Positions 39,859 through 53,742 of a stretch of 64,000 nucleotides of DNA are shown in pieces. Numbering within the stretch: position 1 is the first letter of the stretch; each line of letters begins with the position of its first letter. Source of the DNA: Tubiluchus corallicola (Eukaryota; Animalia; Priapulida). The DNA lies in NCBI GenBank assembly GCA_030141605.1, contig JAQGDQ010000060.1, forward strand, positions 310,001 through 374,000. The letters run 5' to 3'. Made by a program: the position numbers and the translations under genes. Under the pieces are notes generated by a model. That model was not told the origin of the DNA. It ran no database searches and saw only the letters and a list, made by a program, of their open reading frames with translations.

Positions 39859-40404
39859 TAGATGATAATTTCTCTAACTTTTGGTACTAATGTCATTGGC
39901 ACGACACGATGTGAACGAGGTCAAAGTTCAGAGTTTGTTTCCGGTGCAAGGTCAAAATTCTAACTCACCTGAAACTTTGCTCACCCAACAAAAAACCAGG
40001 TTGAGTCAAAGGATCAGGCTGGCCAGAATAATGAAAGAACTTGTAATATTTCACTCATAGATGGCTCTGTTGTTTGAATACTCTCTTGCTGACAGAGCTG
40101 GTTGTTATTTTGGACACATCTGAAAAGCTCATATAAGATTTTCTAAACAAAAAATCCTTCTGTACAATGTACAGTGTTGAGATCCTTATCAGCTACATTA
40201 ATACTTGCTTTTTTATTATTTATGGATAATTGTAGGTTGGCTGGTAACCAAAAATTACAACAAACTACAATAATTTATAATACCCAAAGTAGCTCCCGTA
40301 CATAATGCAGCATATCATACAGTACAATAATGTAAGTGTAAACATTAGTACTGAACTTTACGTACTTATGACAATAATAATTAATGGGAAGTACAAAATT
40401 ATAA

Positions 40405-40550
40405 AAAAAAACATTACAAGTTTTTATTACTCGACATGCAAAACTGTACAGACGCACAACATTGAGTCGAACTTGTGGCTTTGAAAGCCTTAAATTATGT
40501 CCACGAAGTCTTGTATCATTAGACAACACAAAAAGACGTCTGTAGTCATA
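40405..40550 (-). mobile_element. CR1-group LINE 3' relic
   Basis: TRLRGHNLRLSKPQVRLNVVRLYSFACRVIKTCN matches the RGH..KL.K...RL..R..SF..RV...WN terminal motif. Confidence 0.7.
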
Positions 40551-41529
40551 ATAAGGCCATGGTATAAGCAACTGGTTGGAGAAATCTAACGACACTGGTT
40601 CAAAACCCGTCCGCGTTCAACAGAATAATACGGAAAAACACAAAATAAATTAAAAAAGACGTGATGCTCTTAGTTGCTAAATAGTTGCATTAAAATATTT
40701 TTACTAGTCAAATCATGAATTATGCAGTAAAATCATCCTTTGCTCATCCTTATTAACAGAGATTGATCCATTGACGAATGTTTTGGGAACATTACATATT
40801 CACTGACAGTCAACTAAACAAAAAAGAAAAAGAAACAGAAAAAGCAACGGAAATTTAATATAATGACTTACTCATACAGATTTAAAGCAAAATGTTGCAC
40901 TTTACACAGTTTTGAACAGTGTGCAATAATTTTAATGACTTAGCCAAACAAGGCACAAACGTAAGAAATTCACAAACTTGTCTCGTTATACGGCAAAAGA
41001 AAAGCCTATATTTAGGCAAATTTGTTTTGCATTTTTCATTTCCGAGATGCAAATCTTCTCTTACTTGCACAAACAAGAAGCGAGTAATCTAGCTAAGTAG
41101 AAAGATTGCTCACAGCGGGAGAAAAAACCGATCCCAACGTCTGTATAAAGCACGCTGCTGGACTTTTATAAGACGACATTTTGAAGGTACAGAACAAACA
41201 CCACTTGCACTATGGCAGGAATGTCAGTTAATCTGTAAAAAAAAATAGAAATACTGTACAGCAGCAGTATATGCTGTATTAGATTAGATTGGCAAATTAT
41301 TTTTCTCCATAAATTTACATTTAACAATAAAATATACAAATGGACATGAGAGAAAGGGTGGCAAAAAACCAAAGGCTAGCGAGACAAAAACATCATCACG
41401 CATAATGGTAGCAATTATTATGATCTCCATTTTAAAAATATCAATTAAAAAAACAATAAACTTACTTATTAAATTTCGAAAAGAAACTTGGACTGGCAGA
41501 AAAATGTGAAAAAAGGCCAGTATCAACAC

Positions 41530-41582
41530 TGTATTTGAACCCGCGAACTTTGGGTTACAAGCTTCACGTTTTGACCACTTAT
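41530..41582 (-). mobile_element. tRNA-derived SINE head fragment
   Basis: Minus strand agtggtcaaaacgtgaagcttgtaacccaaagttcgcgggttcaaat contains box A- and box B-like motifs. Confidence 0.45.
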
Positions 41583-41958
41583 AATCCGATAGAGATCTTA
41601 TTTCTTCTCTTTAGCTCATGAAAACCTCTCAAAGTTCCAAGGATCAGTTAAATCACGCTAGAATATTTCATCATTAATTATATTAATCTTACGCATTATA
41701 CCAAGCTTAGAACAGTCGACAAATAACTAACTAAACATTAAAAATTTACAATTAATCAAAGGTGGATAGTTCAAATCAGATCAAAGCTTTATTATGCATC
41801 TTTTATTTCTCTCAACAAAAGTTTGAATTTCAAAATTTCATAATTTTGGGTCCTTCTGACGTAGTGACAATAATACTGATGATGATGAAGTGATTATAAA
41901 TATATATATATATATATACAGTGTTGCTAATGTATAGTATAGTATTAAAGGATAGAAA

Positions 41959-42460
41959 AAGTCACTTAGCACTTTGGGTTTACTTAAACTTACAAAAATA
42001 CAACAAAGAAATTTTCAAAAACTGTTTATAAAGTATAAAGTCAATTTTTATGTTTCTGCTTTATTGAAATTTTCAGACGTGGTACAACCGCCGTTCACTT
42101 GGAAATCATGACGTAACTGGTGGACTTTGTTACCTTTTGTAAGCGCATGGTGGCTTTCTGGGTGGCCTTTGTTACTTTTTGTAAGCACATGGCGGCTTTC
42201 TGTGAGCGCACTGCTTAAACTATATCAAGCCTCTGCGGCTTACTTAACGTTTATGGAAAAATATCACAAAATTAGCACAAACTACTTTTTTTGCAAAAAC
42301 TTATTATATTTTTGAAACAAATAGACGGTGCTTTTGTTCAGTCAACAGATGTCATTGGTGGGCAGGAGCATTCAAAATGGGAACACCCAAGTGTGAGATG
42401 ATCGCGACTTTAAAGTGATTCTACTAGTTACATGAAGCACTTATCACACTTTTATTACGA
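41959..42460. repeat. Unclassified dispersed repeat; second copy at about 48930-49535
   Basis: Shared aagtcacttagca...aactggtggactt...cattggtgg...ttcaaaatggga...cccaagtgtga...ttatcacacttttattac. The second copy starts with a tandem duplication of about 72 bp. Confidence 0.7.
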
Positions 42461-42884
42461 CATCTTTTTAACATTTTATCCGAAATTGAAATAACCCACA
42501 TATAACATTAACTGCCACATGCCAGGGAATACAACTCATTTAACACAACTTATGATATAATTTAATACACTGCACGATCGTTATGTTTTCAAAGACTGTT
42601 AGATGGGCACAGACTCCTTTTCAGTGCTGCCTCGTTCATGGGCTATCGTGTTACCGACACCCAATCTAAAAACAACATTCATCCATCTCTGTGATAAATT
42701 AAAAACATGAATTTTTAATAACGCCAATGTTTGCACAGGCTTGCCAAATATGGACAGAATTTAACTGGCTTGCCTAATGTCAACATCAATTTATTTCAAC
42801 AATGCTTTTACTGCGCCACGATTTAGGGGTGGTACGATTTGATGGGCTTCATATTTCAGTCCTGAAAGAGAACCAGTCTATAAA

Positions 42885-43190
42885 TAAACAAATCAATTAG
42901 TTTAATCACTCGAACTACTAGCAACCAACCTACTCACTTGCTGACCAACCAACAAATTAATTAGTTTAATCACCCTAACAGCTAAGCAGCTTGCTAGAAC
43001 CAACCTACTCACTCGGTGACCAACCAACAAATTAATTAGATTAATCATTCTAACAGCTAAGCAGCTTGCTAGCAACCAACCTATTCACTCGTTGACCAAC
43101 CAACAAATTAATTAGATTAATCATTCTAACAGCTAAGCAGCTTGCTAGCAACCAACCTATTCACTCGTTGATCAACCAACAAATTAATTA
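42885..43190. repeat. Tandem repeat of about 76 bp, 4 copies
   Basis: ccaaccta[c/t]tcact recurs at 42925, 43000, 43076 and 43152. Confidence 0.85.
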
Positions 43191-44050
43191 CGTTGCGGTG
43201 GCTAACTGGGCGCTTAGATGGAAATTTTAACACTGCCACGCCTGGTTAGTAAATGGATAGTTGATTGCAAAGAAAGCTGTTTCTGAAAATTTTATATACC
43301 ACAATGCCTTACAGTCCAAGACCCTATGACGAAATAACCTCTTAAATCAGGAACATGATTTTCGGCCATCGCATGATATCATAGGTATGACACTTCATCA
43401 CTGCCTCTTGGACCATTATGCGATTTACTTCATTAAGAGAGGGTGCACACTAGAAACTTATTCAAAACATAATTTCATGGCAGCTTAATAATTTTACTTT
43501 AATAAACTTCAGTCAGTATTTAAGTCATTTGATGAGCACACTAGTGTTTAAAAATATCATATGTGGAGTAATAATAATAATAATATTGGTCTTTTATTTA
43601 AGATTAATGTCTATAGTCACAGACATTTTACAAGAGAAACATCAAATACGCCCTGCTAAGACTAAAAAATAATGTCGATAAAACAACTATTAAGACAGCC
43701 AGGCTATTGCTTTGCGTTAGAACGAAGATTATTTGTTATTGACAGATTAAGAAAATCTTAAACTTTATGTTAAAAAGCAGCTAACAATGTGGTAAGATAA
43801 TGTCATGACTGAAATATCAAGAAATTAAAAAAAAATTAAATCAGTTTTTGAAAACATATCTATGAACAAAACACGGCATTGCTCCCTCGGTTTTCAGCTA
43901 TGGTCTAGAATATATACATTTCCTAACTTTTAGGTTTTTAGTTTTTCTCATACAAGGAAGAAGTTTAAACAAACGTTATGCAGTAGATTGGAATTTTGTA
44001 ATCATTTTATCACCTAATAATGTTTTAACGTAAGGTACTGGTTTCTTGAT

Positions 44051-44455
44051 GCCGCACTTTTCCGCACGCGGACCCAGGTGTTTTGAACTGCCGCACTTCT
44101 CCGCACGCGGACCCAGGTGTTTTGAACTGCCGCACTCCCCACACCCCAAACCCCACCCCCACCGGACCCAGGTGTTTTGAACTGCCGCACTTCTCCGCAC
44201 ACGGTCCCAGGTGTTTTGAACTGCCGCACTTCTCCGCACGGGACCCAGGTGTTTTGAACTGCCGCACTTCTCCGCACGCGGACCCAGGTGTTTTGAACTG
44301 CCGCACTTCTCCGCACACGGTCCCAGGTGTTTTGAACTGCCGCACTTCTCCGCACACGGTCCCAGGTGTTTTGAACTGCCGCACTTCTCCGCACACGGTC
44401 CCAGGTGTTTTGAACTGCCGCACTTCTCCGCACACGGTCCCAGGTGTTTTGAACT
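44051..44455. repeat. 39-bp GC-rich minisatellite, about 10 copies
   Basis: Unit ccgcacttctccgcacacggtcccaggtgttttgaactg. Confidence 0.95.
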
Positions 44456-45235
44456 AACCTGTAGTTTTCACCTGTGGCACAGTTCCACACCTGACTAATG
44501 TAGAAGTCACTTTAATACCAACAAACAGAACCTTACCATGCCATAAACTATTTTCAAATCCAAATTCATTTTATTTCACCAGCAAACAAGTAAACTACGA
44601 TAATACAACTTATACATTGTACAACTTTTTTTTTGTATAATTGAAAAACGAACAAAAAATTTTTTGACTCCTTAAACATGCTATATTAAAATGTTGAAGT
44701 TTGCTGCATGGTTGCTTATTCAAAGAAACGTAGCAGTTAGAGGCAAAATTATAATAGAATAAAATTCACTTTTGCTCACTACTAACAATGTTCAAAACAA
44801 ATTTGCTACAATTGTAACAGACAACGTTAATAGTTATCGTTTAACCCTTTTCTCCAATAAAATACAGAACCGTTACTCCACGTCTAATGCAAAGACTGAC
44901 GGGGTGGCAGTTTGGGACTGACGAAGTAACAACGGCAACCGCAACGCATGACGAACACGGCCGCAATTATCTCTAATGCATAGCTGAATAGTGGGCACTC
45001 ATGCGTATCATAACACTAAGAGATTAGTAATTCATACACACCAGCAAGTGAATATAATGAGCTTTTAGGGTGAAACCCATAAACACTGCCAGAAGCAATT
45101 ACGTAATCGTGAATGGCGATAAAAGCCGAAACAATAACAAAGGTAATCACCGAGCCAACAATGGTACAGCAGGCATGGGGTAATTGAAAAAGAAGAAACA
45201 AAATGTGCGAACATGTCGATATTAATGCACAAATA

Positions 45236-45793
45236 CGGGGTGTCTCAAAAGTTGATACACGCCTTAGATTTTACATATTTTTATAACAAATAAAGCAAAA
45301 TGTTTGAAAAATGGTACAGATGAACAGAAACCTTTGGCAATCCTTTTAGTTAAATGAGACAAAAATCTGAAAAGAACTACTGCACTAGCAGGATTTGCTG
45401 TTTTCGCTGCCTTCTTCTGTACCACAAGACCTTAAGACGTCAATCCAATGACAAATCGATCGTCTGGCATTGAGAAAGTCTCCCATGGCCCTTGAGTAGT
45501 GCTGCACTTTGTTCAAAAACACAATACGGAACTGAGAGAATAGTGTGGTATGTGTGGCGCTGTGAATTTTTGCTGAAGTTCAATTGGTGATCGAAAAACA
45601 TCGTGCCAGGCTGATTTTGCATCTCATGTCTAACATTAATGTCATCGTCATAGCAACGGGGTTCCAGTCAAAAACAAATAAAAACAAATTGTCAAAGGCG
45701 CCTTTTGATTCCTGTAAAAACTTTCCGAGATTGGAGAAAAATCTAAAAAGAAAATTAGAAATCAAAGTGCGTTGTGACTTTTGAGACACCCTA
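45236..45793 (+). mobile_element. Internally deleted Tc1/mariner element with TA target duplication
   Basis: TA-cggggtgtctcaaaag ... cttttgagacacccta-TA; the interior retains a decayed SPDLNP-like region and transposase C-terminal remnants. Confidence 0.75.
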
Positions 45794-46422
45794 TACATAA
45801 AATAGCAGAAGCAACTGTGTTATTTACCGGCTATTGTGTACTCAATAAAAACTGAAAAAAAAACAAACGAAATACTGTAATGATTTCACTTATGCAGTTG
45901 GCATTTTGCACTCTGGTAAACAGCAGCATAGCTTCTACACTCAATGGTTATGACAGGACCGGAACAGAGTTCACTATAAAGATAATCTTTTACAGTGAAT
46001 GGCAAGCGTCTCAGCCATGTTCAGTATTCAACAAGAAAAATAGCTTAAGTATGTGTTGGTGACAAGTACATACCGTGACCACTCAGCTATTCATCATAAT
46101 TAGCATAAATCACAAACACGTAACTTTACAAAAAACAGACTATACATGTACAATTAACAGTGGAGAACAAATGTTTTTAAAAATGTAGAAATACAGTCTC
46201 TTCACACTGAACCAGAATTTCTCACACGTACAAGCTACACTTACAAACCTTTAATGCGAAAAACGGTTACCACTTTAGATTTGAAGGATAATATCTTCTG
46301 TTTTCACCTCACCTACAAAAAATGTAAAAATCTTAGTTCTCAGTTCATGCAAATGGCTTATGATCAGCAACCTATTAACACCTCATGTGGCAAATCCTAC
46401 TTATTCTGTATGGTGACAATTA

Positions 46423-46819
46423 CCGTATATACTCGCATATAAGCTGAATTTAGAACTATAAAATACAATACTGAAATCAGGGGGTCGACTTATATGCGCA
46501 TGAAACAAAATGAACACAAGGACAGACACTAATGCCAATTTTCCAGCCACACATTTTCATCGCTATCTGACTCTTTATTTGGTTGTGTGTCACCAGTGGT
46601 GTATTGGAGGGGGATCGTGGGGGATCGCCGCCCACCCACTTTTTTTTTAGAAAAAATTCACATTTCAATAAGGGATCAATTTTGTTGATTGGGTATGGAG
46701 TAAAATTAGACAAGTTGATGGTCGGCTTATATACGGGTTTTTGCAAAAACTGGCCATTTTAAAGCAGTTTTAGGGGGTCGGCTTATATGCGATGTAGGCT
46801 TATATGCGAGTATATACGG
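46423..46819. mobile_element. Tc1/mariner-pogo-type MITE
   Basis: Perfect 22-bp TIR ccgtatatactcgcatataagc / gcttatatgcgagtatatacgg, flanked by TA on both sides. Confidence 0.9.
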
Positions 46820-47074
46820 TAATATGAAATTTACAGGGGTGTAGTTACTAATAGACTAACTAGCTATATCCTAGGGTGTCAAATTTTGAGGCGTGTCAGA
46901 TATTAGGGACCCAGTGTTAAAATTTTTTATTTTCCTCGGAAAATGTATGCCCTTTTTACGTTCACATAAAATTATATATTTTATAAGACACCACAAGCAG
47001 ATATGCAGTATGCTTAGATATAAGTACTGAGCAAATACGTGTATTAACAATAAATATGTAGGTAATACATAGTA

Positions 47075-47543
47075 CAGTCAACTTCGGGTATAAAGTATTC
47101 GCTTATAACGGACCACCAACATTGGTCCCGATTTTTCGTAACGTTTCCTATGTGATATTTCCTATGTAGAAATCTTCGTATATAAGGTATTCGGATATAT
47201 GGGACGATATCTTCAGGTCCCGCGTAATAGAAACCCAGGTAAATTACCTCACACATAAGGGACACTATGATCAAAGCAAAATTGATCGATTTTTAACTTC
47301 AATTTTCCACAAACTCGGCCTTCGAACAGCTCAGTTTCCGCGGTCACATACATCTCGCATCACTGAAGGAGCTTCCTACATACTTAATATGTAGCAATAA
47401 TCCATAAAAATATGGGTAAAAGTACAGAAAAATACAGGTCTAGATACACCATTGGTCTGCTTCAACTTCAGCTATAAGGGACATCGGATATAAGGGATGG
47501 TTTTTTCCGTTCCGAAGGTGTCCCTTATATCCGAGGTTGATTG
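47075..47543. mobile_element. Tigger/pogo-like MITE
   Basis: TA-cagtcaacttcgggtataa ... ttatatccgaggttgattg-TA (16/19 inverted match); internal repeats of ggatataaggg. Confidence 0.8.
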
Positions 47544-48014
47544 TAGTTAAACTAATACACTGAAGGTAAGGGGTTTCATAATAACAAAGTAAGGCATGAT
47601 TGAATTATCAGCTTCGGGTGTCTTCAAGATTTCATGCTATGCTGGTAATATAATACGTAATGTAATTACCATAAAATGCACCTAGACAGTTTGCAAGTAA
47701 TATTACGTTATAATGAAGAAATTTTCCAAAGTAACTGGCAGTGTCAAAACTATTAAAAGTAAACTAACCATAAATTTATCATGCTAATACAAAATATGAC
47801 AGGTAGGCAGGTTTCAGATGAAATGACTACAACTGTTCAACAAAATTTTAAACTGGACGACTCCAATCGGAAACTTGGGTAAAAATGTGAATGAAGGTAA
47901 ATGAGAAGCTTAGAAACACTGTTTTTACAATGCAAGAGAAAAACTAAGATTTTATTTGAAGAAAGAAGATATAAAAGAAACAAGACACAAAACAGAAATC
48001 TTTGAAGGTTTTAA

Positions 48015-48425
48015 CAGTGGCGTAACTAACAGGGGAGGAAAGGGGAGCAACTACTGCCCCGAACACGTTTCAAAATTAGCGCCTTTTCAACAATGTAGTC
48101 ATTACTTTATTTTGACCAATCCGTTTCCCGTGTTTTTGAAATGAGCGTGCATTTACACAACTCATTTGTGAAGGTTGACTGATTGAACCAAGGATCAAAT
48201 TGCCCCGAATCTAATTACTATAATATATTCTTGTCACACGATTGTCTAATAGTAGGCCTTTGAAATACCAAATAACAATGATAGTTTCTTAAAAACAGTA
48301 TGTTCCCCACGTTTTGATTTCAAAGACAAAATTAAAATGCATAATCAATGCGTTAAAAATCCTTAGCTATGTGTCACAGTGGCTTTTCTATGTGCTTGCT
48401 CCCCCTGAACCTGACTACGCCCCTG
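48015..48425. mobile_element. hAT-like MITE
   Basis: Imperfect TIRs cagtggcgtaact / gactacgcccctg. No TSD seen. Confidence 0.45.
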
Positions 48426-49642
48426 AACTTTACACACATTACAGGTATCCTTACACATTCAGGATAAGCATAAAATTATAATTTATTCAGATGTAGGATA
48501 AGTTGTTAATGCATCGCTTTTACCTAAAACTTGATTCATCTGTCATAATAACCAATGAAAATATTATGACAAGTTGAACAATAAAAGCAGCCAGTGTTTG
48601 AACGGCCTCGTCCCTGCGCTGTCGTCATGGCGACGAGATGACGTGGGCAAACACATCCCGCACCGTGTTTAGTTTGGCATTTAATTTGCAGACACGATTC
48701 GATTGATATGTGGAAAAATATTTATCCTGCTTGAATCGCGCAACGAGCGCACGTTAGCAATGGAAATTAGAAACGCGACATTAACTCCAAGATTTTGCTC
48801 GCAGTTACACAATGTGGAATAAATCTGTCCTAAACTGCACAGGCTGATATCAAATAACTTGCAGACACGTAATGTTGCAATATCAACTTCAACTCCACTC
48901 AGGTGTCGTAATTACGTTAAAGAAAAGAATAAGCCACTTAGCATGTTAGGTTGATTTTATTGTTATCATTTAAACTGTTTGTGGTGTGCTAAAGGAAAAG
49001 ACAAGTCACTTAGCATGTTAGGTTGATTTTATTGTTATCATTTAAACTGTTTGTGGTGTGCTAAAAGAAAAGACAAGTCACTTAGCATGTTGGGTTTATT
49101 TTACTGTTATCACTTAAACTCAGAAAAGAAATTTGCAAAAGAAATGCATGAAGCATAAAGTTAATTTATACTACCCGCTGTACAGAAATTTTTGAGAGCG
49201 GTGGCAGCCGCCATTCACTTGAAAATTAGATGCAACTGGTGGACTTCGTGGCCTTGCGCTTAAGAGTGATATCTGATTTTCCGTAAGCGCCGGGTAAAAT
49301 AATTCAAACTTCTGCATAGTAATCAGGCAGAACCCTCACAAAATTAGCGGTCTAGTTACTTTTTTTAAAAATTAACACAAATTGACAGACAGTGTGCCGT
49401 TTTTCTTCAGTCTACGAATGACGTCATTGGTGGAAAGATGGCGTTCAAAATGGGAGTGCCCAAGTGTGACATGACTGTGACTTTAAGGTGATTTACTAAT
49501 CACACGAGGCAATTATCACACTTTTATTACTAAATTCTAAAATCGAAATAAGCCTAACTTTCCAGAAAGCTTGGCTTTTCTTTTAACATAGAGAAAATCA
49601 TCAGATTTCCATTAAAAATCATTTTCATGAAAAATTGTAGGA

Positions 49643-49817
49643 CACCAATGACACCGGTTCACTTGAACGGCACCAATGACACCGGTTCACTTGAACGGCA
49701 CCAATGACACCGGTTCACTTGAACGGCACCAATGACACCGGTTCACTTGAACGGCACCAATGACACCGATTCACTTGAACGGCACCAATGACACCGATTC
49801 ACTTGAATGGCACCAAC
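49643..49817. repeat. 28-bp minisatellite, about 6 copies
   Basis: Unit caccaatgacaccggttcacttgaacgg. Confidence 0.92.
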
Positions 49818-50619
49818 GGCCAAATTCGAAACAATCATGAAATGGTTGCAACAACTTCTACAGGCGACTTAGAACGGAATACATGCCATAAATTGTAATG
49901 ATTAAATTTCGTTGCACCAGTTAATGTCACATGATATATCTACAGTTTTATTTTAATAATTTGTGGTTTAAAAAGGCAACATCCACAGCTACATTTGCAT
50001 TAAAAAAACAAAAATCAGACATAAATCCATATCATTTATAAATTCTGCAATTTCTTTGACAATACTTCACAAAACCAATGCTCAAAAACTCTTTGACAAG
50101 CTTACGTTAAATTGTCTAACTGATTCTTGCCTTTCATCGCTTCAACTGTATCTCCAATTCTTCTCCGTAGATTCGGAACACGTCAAGATTACCACAATGG
50201 CTGCAATAAAAGCTCTATAAAAGAACAGTTCACAGGGAAATTATCTTTTCTTTGTGACTTGTTGTCCTGTACATGTCCACAGGCAATCTGCCTAATTTTG
50301 CCACAAATAAAGGTACTATCGATTCTTATTGAGATGACCATTAGAGGAAGTGCAGCAATGATAGTTTCCTAGAGCTTATGGAGCAGTGACAGTTCTAAGA
50401 AGTGAGCAGTCAAATAAGAAAATTGTTAGTGAGGCCGCCTAACCTACAAAAGTTGAAGATTGATCTTTTTGCTTCGTGTAGTAATGCCAGTCTCAGCCAA
50501 AAAGCATTGAGGGCTTGCAGCTCCACCATTAGGTAAGATGATATACAAAAAAGTCCACATGAAATATTTAATATTCTGTTGCAAGTCAATTACTGACATA
50601 CTATTTGTGCATAGACCTT

Positions 50620-50810
50620 CTAAAAACAAGACTTTTTTAGCTTTTTTATCCAAGAAGTCTTTCAAAATTATTTCAAAGTCAATGGTTTTTGTAATGTCAT
50701 TTTCTATAGATATCATCGCCGCATTGTTTAGTCTCTCTTATGAAACTGTTGACTGTAGGTACATTTTTAGTCAGCTTTCAAAAACTTCTGTCACTGATGA
50801 GACTGACGCG
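50620..50810 (-). mobile_element. hAT transposase C-terminal dimerisation-domain relic
   Basis: DRSF*KL / MYLQSTVS*ERLNNAAMISIENDITKTIDFEIILKDFLDKKAKK matches ERSFSKL..IK.YLRSTM.QERL..LA..SIE....IDF..II..F...K.RK, with stops and a frameshift. Confidence 0.8.
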
Positions 50811-52394
50811 GGATCCCTTGGCGTGACGCCCAATTTGAACAAATCTGTCTAACTGGCCAGGAATACAGGCTTGGATAGATATTCGATTGTGTCGAACGTT
50901 ACAAAAACTTAAATAAACATTTGAGAACTTGAAACAACGCAAAACAGAAATGAGTTTTGCGAAAAACTGAAATTAGCAACGCCGATTTAATTTTTAAACA
51001 AACTGAAAGGAAAATTTAATAAGACAAGATGGTATTCCAGTGCTGTTACACGGTTGGCAGGCTAACATAACAAGTGACCTGATATCAAAGGTCAAAAAAC
51101 AGTTTTTTAGCTATTTATTTACACTCACTACTGAAGAACAACTGAGGGCCTAAAAGCGCCAGTATGTCGTTAATTAAAACTATGCTACATATACTTCTAT
51201 AACGTTGCACATTATTTTTCCTACGAATTTGTTTTGTGCAAAAATTGAAGATAGTATTCCTGCATTTCGTTTTATTTTACAAATGTTTAACTCATACTAA
51301 ATGTGAGTCCTTTCTATGGCAGATTTGTTGTATTTTCTCAGTTCAATGAATAAAACTACTCATTTTATTCAAAGCTAACCAACTTTTCTATTTGTTATAT
51401 TTTTACATTTCCTCATAGTTTTCAAATGATCTAATTACGGAAAATGTTTTTTGTATTGTAAATTCAGTCTGAGTTTTTAAATTACGAAGCACAATTATAT
51501 TATACTACTTATTTTACACTTCACATGCGTCTTTCAAGTTTTCTATTCGATCCACAGCACAATTCTCTTTTCATGTCTCCTCGCTAATACAATTTAACCT
51601 TACACTTTTATTCAAAGTCCTTCGAACGACATTTCTTCGCTTATCTATGCTTTTAAACGTCGGACAAAGTATAATGCATTGCCACTGTACAGCACTCCAG
51701 GGACTATTCGCAACACTTACCATTTACGAAGCCGCCTTCTTGACAAATTTCTGCTGTAACGTCTACAGGCTTCTCAGTTGCCATGCTTGAATCTGCTTAC
51801 AGACAAAGGGAGAGTTAGAACATTGTCCTTTTAAGAACAAACAATGTGAGAAACAATGTAAACAAAAGAACATTGTCCTTTTAAGAACAAACAATGCGAG
51901 AAACAATGTAAAAAGGAGGGGTAGTAAAAAGAAAACGGATTTTATTTTTAAGATATAACAATAAGGACACAGCATTGTCTAACCGTAATGAAATAAAAAA
52001 GAAGTATTAAATAATGGACTTGCATATGTACCAAAAATGACTGCACTAAATATATTGATTAATATCGTTTCATTGCTGTCATTTTCTTTACAGGGCGTCA
52101 ATTTCTGTCAAATGAAGCTCGTTTAACAGTTATTAAAAAGTGGGTGGTTGAGATAGAGTTGAACATATAATGCCATTCTTACTATAAGTAAGTTTCTTTC
52201 TTTTTTTAGAAAGAGATTCTTTGTTTTAAAGGAAAACTGGACCAGTCTTAAAAAGTCAAAACAACGTAGCAAATAAAGTATTGAATATGAACATACATTA
52301 CCACGGCAAAGTGATTTTGCGTGACCTTGGTTTGTTCTTCGCTGTTGCATGCTTTTCGCCATTCGCTAGTTAGATGGGCTCTAGCATCTGGATC

Positions 52395-52825
52395 TTGGAA
52401 ACACGTTGCACAAAAAACAGGAACTGTACCGCTCAGTTCAGAGGTGTTCGTTTGTGACATAGTACAGATGTTTAAGAGCTCATGCGTGCATACAACAGCA
52501 AACCCGAAATCCGAATTTTGAACTTAAAATTTGCCCGTTTCTGAATATCATACTAAATGTTGTACAGTACCACTGTACTTCAATTTTTTAATTTTCGCAA
52601 ACACGTGCAACACACTCGTGGAATATTTGTGCTGTTAAACATTATGCTCACTTGTCATGTAATCACTTGGGCTACCCTGCCATTAATTAAGTTTTTAACC
52701 TATTATCCAATTACCAGAAACACTTTGGCATTAATTTCTTATAGTGTTAAAATGTATACTGTATACTTTTTACCATACCTCAAAATGGGGTAGGATATAA
52801 AAAAACATCCAGTTTTCCTTCCATT
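52395..52825. mobile_element. Partial copy of the TTAA-flanked element family
   Basis: Colinear with about 55655-56070. Confidence 0.65.
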
Positions 52826-52846
52826 AGGACAAAGAAAGGCCAGAAC

Positions 52847-53742
52847 CAGTAGCGGCTCATGTATGAGTAATGTGAAACTGCAGCACAACTATATTCACTC
52901 AATATTATGAATAATATTCAATATAATGAGTCTTTCTCTTTCATTCTTTCTTTATACTTGTACGGAACCAGAGCATGTGATGGAACTGTGCGTTCCACAG
53001 GTCCAGCACTGTGCATCCTCATATGTCCAGCAACATACTGTTTGGTTGTTATGCGCATGCGGCCATGTCTGAGATAAGATGCTGCACTTAGGTAGAAAGA
53101 GTACTGTCGCTCACGCAGTGTGTGCTGTCAGTTGTCACGTGTTTAAAAGCCGTATACCGGCATATTTTTGAATTGCGTCAATTTAAGCTAATCGTAAGAA
53201 AACAATATTTTGTATGTATATGTATAAATTAGTTTGTTTGTTTAAAATTACAATTATTATGCTAATGTATATTATGGTCCAAGACATTTGTTCCTCTTGA
53301 GACTTTTCCTTTTCCATTAACTTCCTGCTTTATGACGACAAAGCCAGTCCTTCCTGGCAGTAGGATGATGCTGAATGGGTCTTGATGGTCCTCTTCGCGG
53401 TTCTTTACTCTCTGCAATACCAACCTCAACTTGCACCCCAAACACAATGAAAAGAGAGAAATCAGGCACTCGACAGCAGCCGCTGAAAGAGCAATGACCA
53501 GTAGGTTACCCTTGTCCTCCTTGATGTAGATTTGTCCATTGTGTCCAGCGTCAATTTAGGCTATTTGTAAGCAAAAAATATTTTTTTTGTTTAGGATTTT
53601 ATTAAATTTGATGCATAAATTCTCGTTCGTTTAAAAATTACAGCATTAAAATTACATGTTTGTTTCGTTTTACATATTACTACGATGGCTAAAAATTTTC
53701 TGAAGCAGCACCCCCACTAATTTTAGCTACGACCCGCCACTG
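52847..53742. mobile_element. Non-autonomous hAT element with 8-bp TSD
   Basis: TIRs cagtagcggctcat / acgacccgccactg; flanks gccagaac and accagaac (7/8). Confidence 0.75.
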
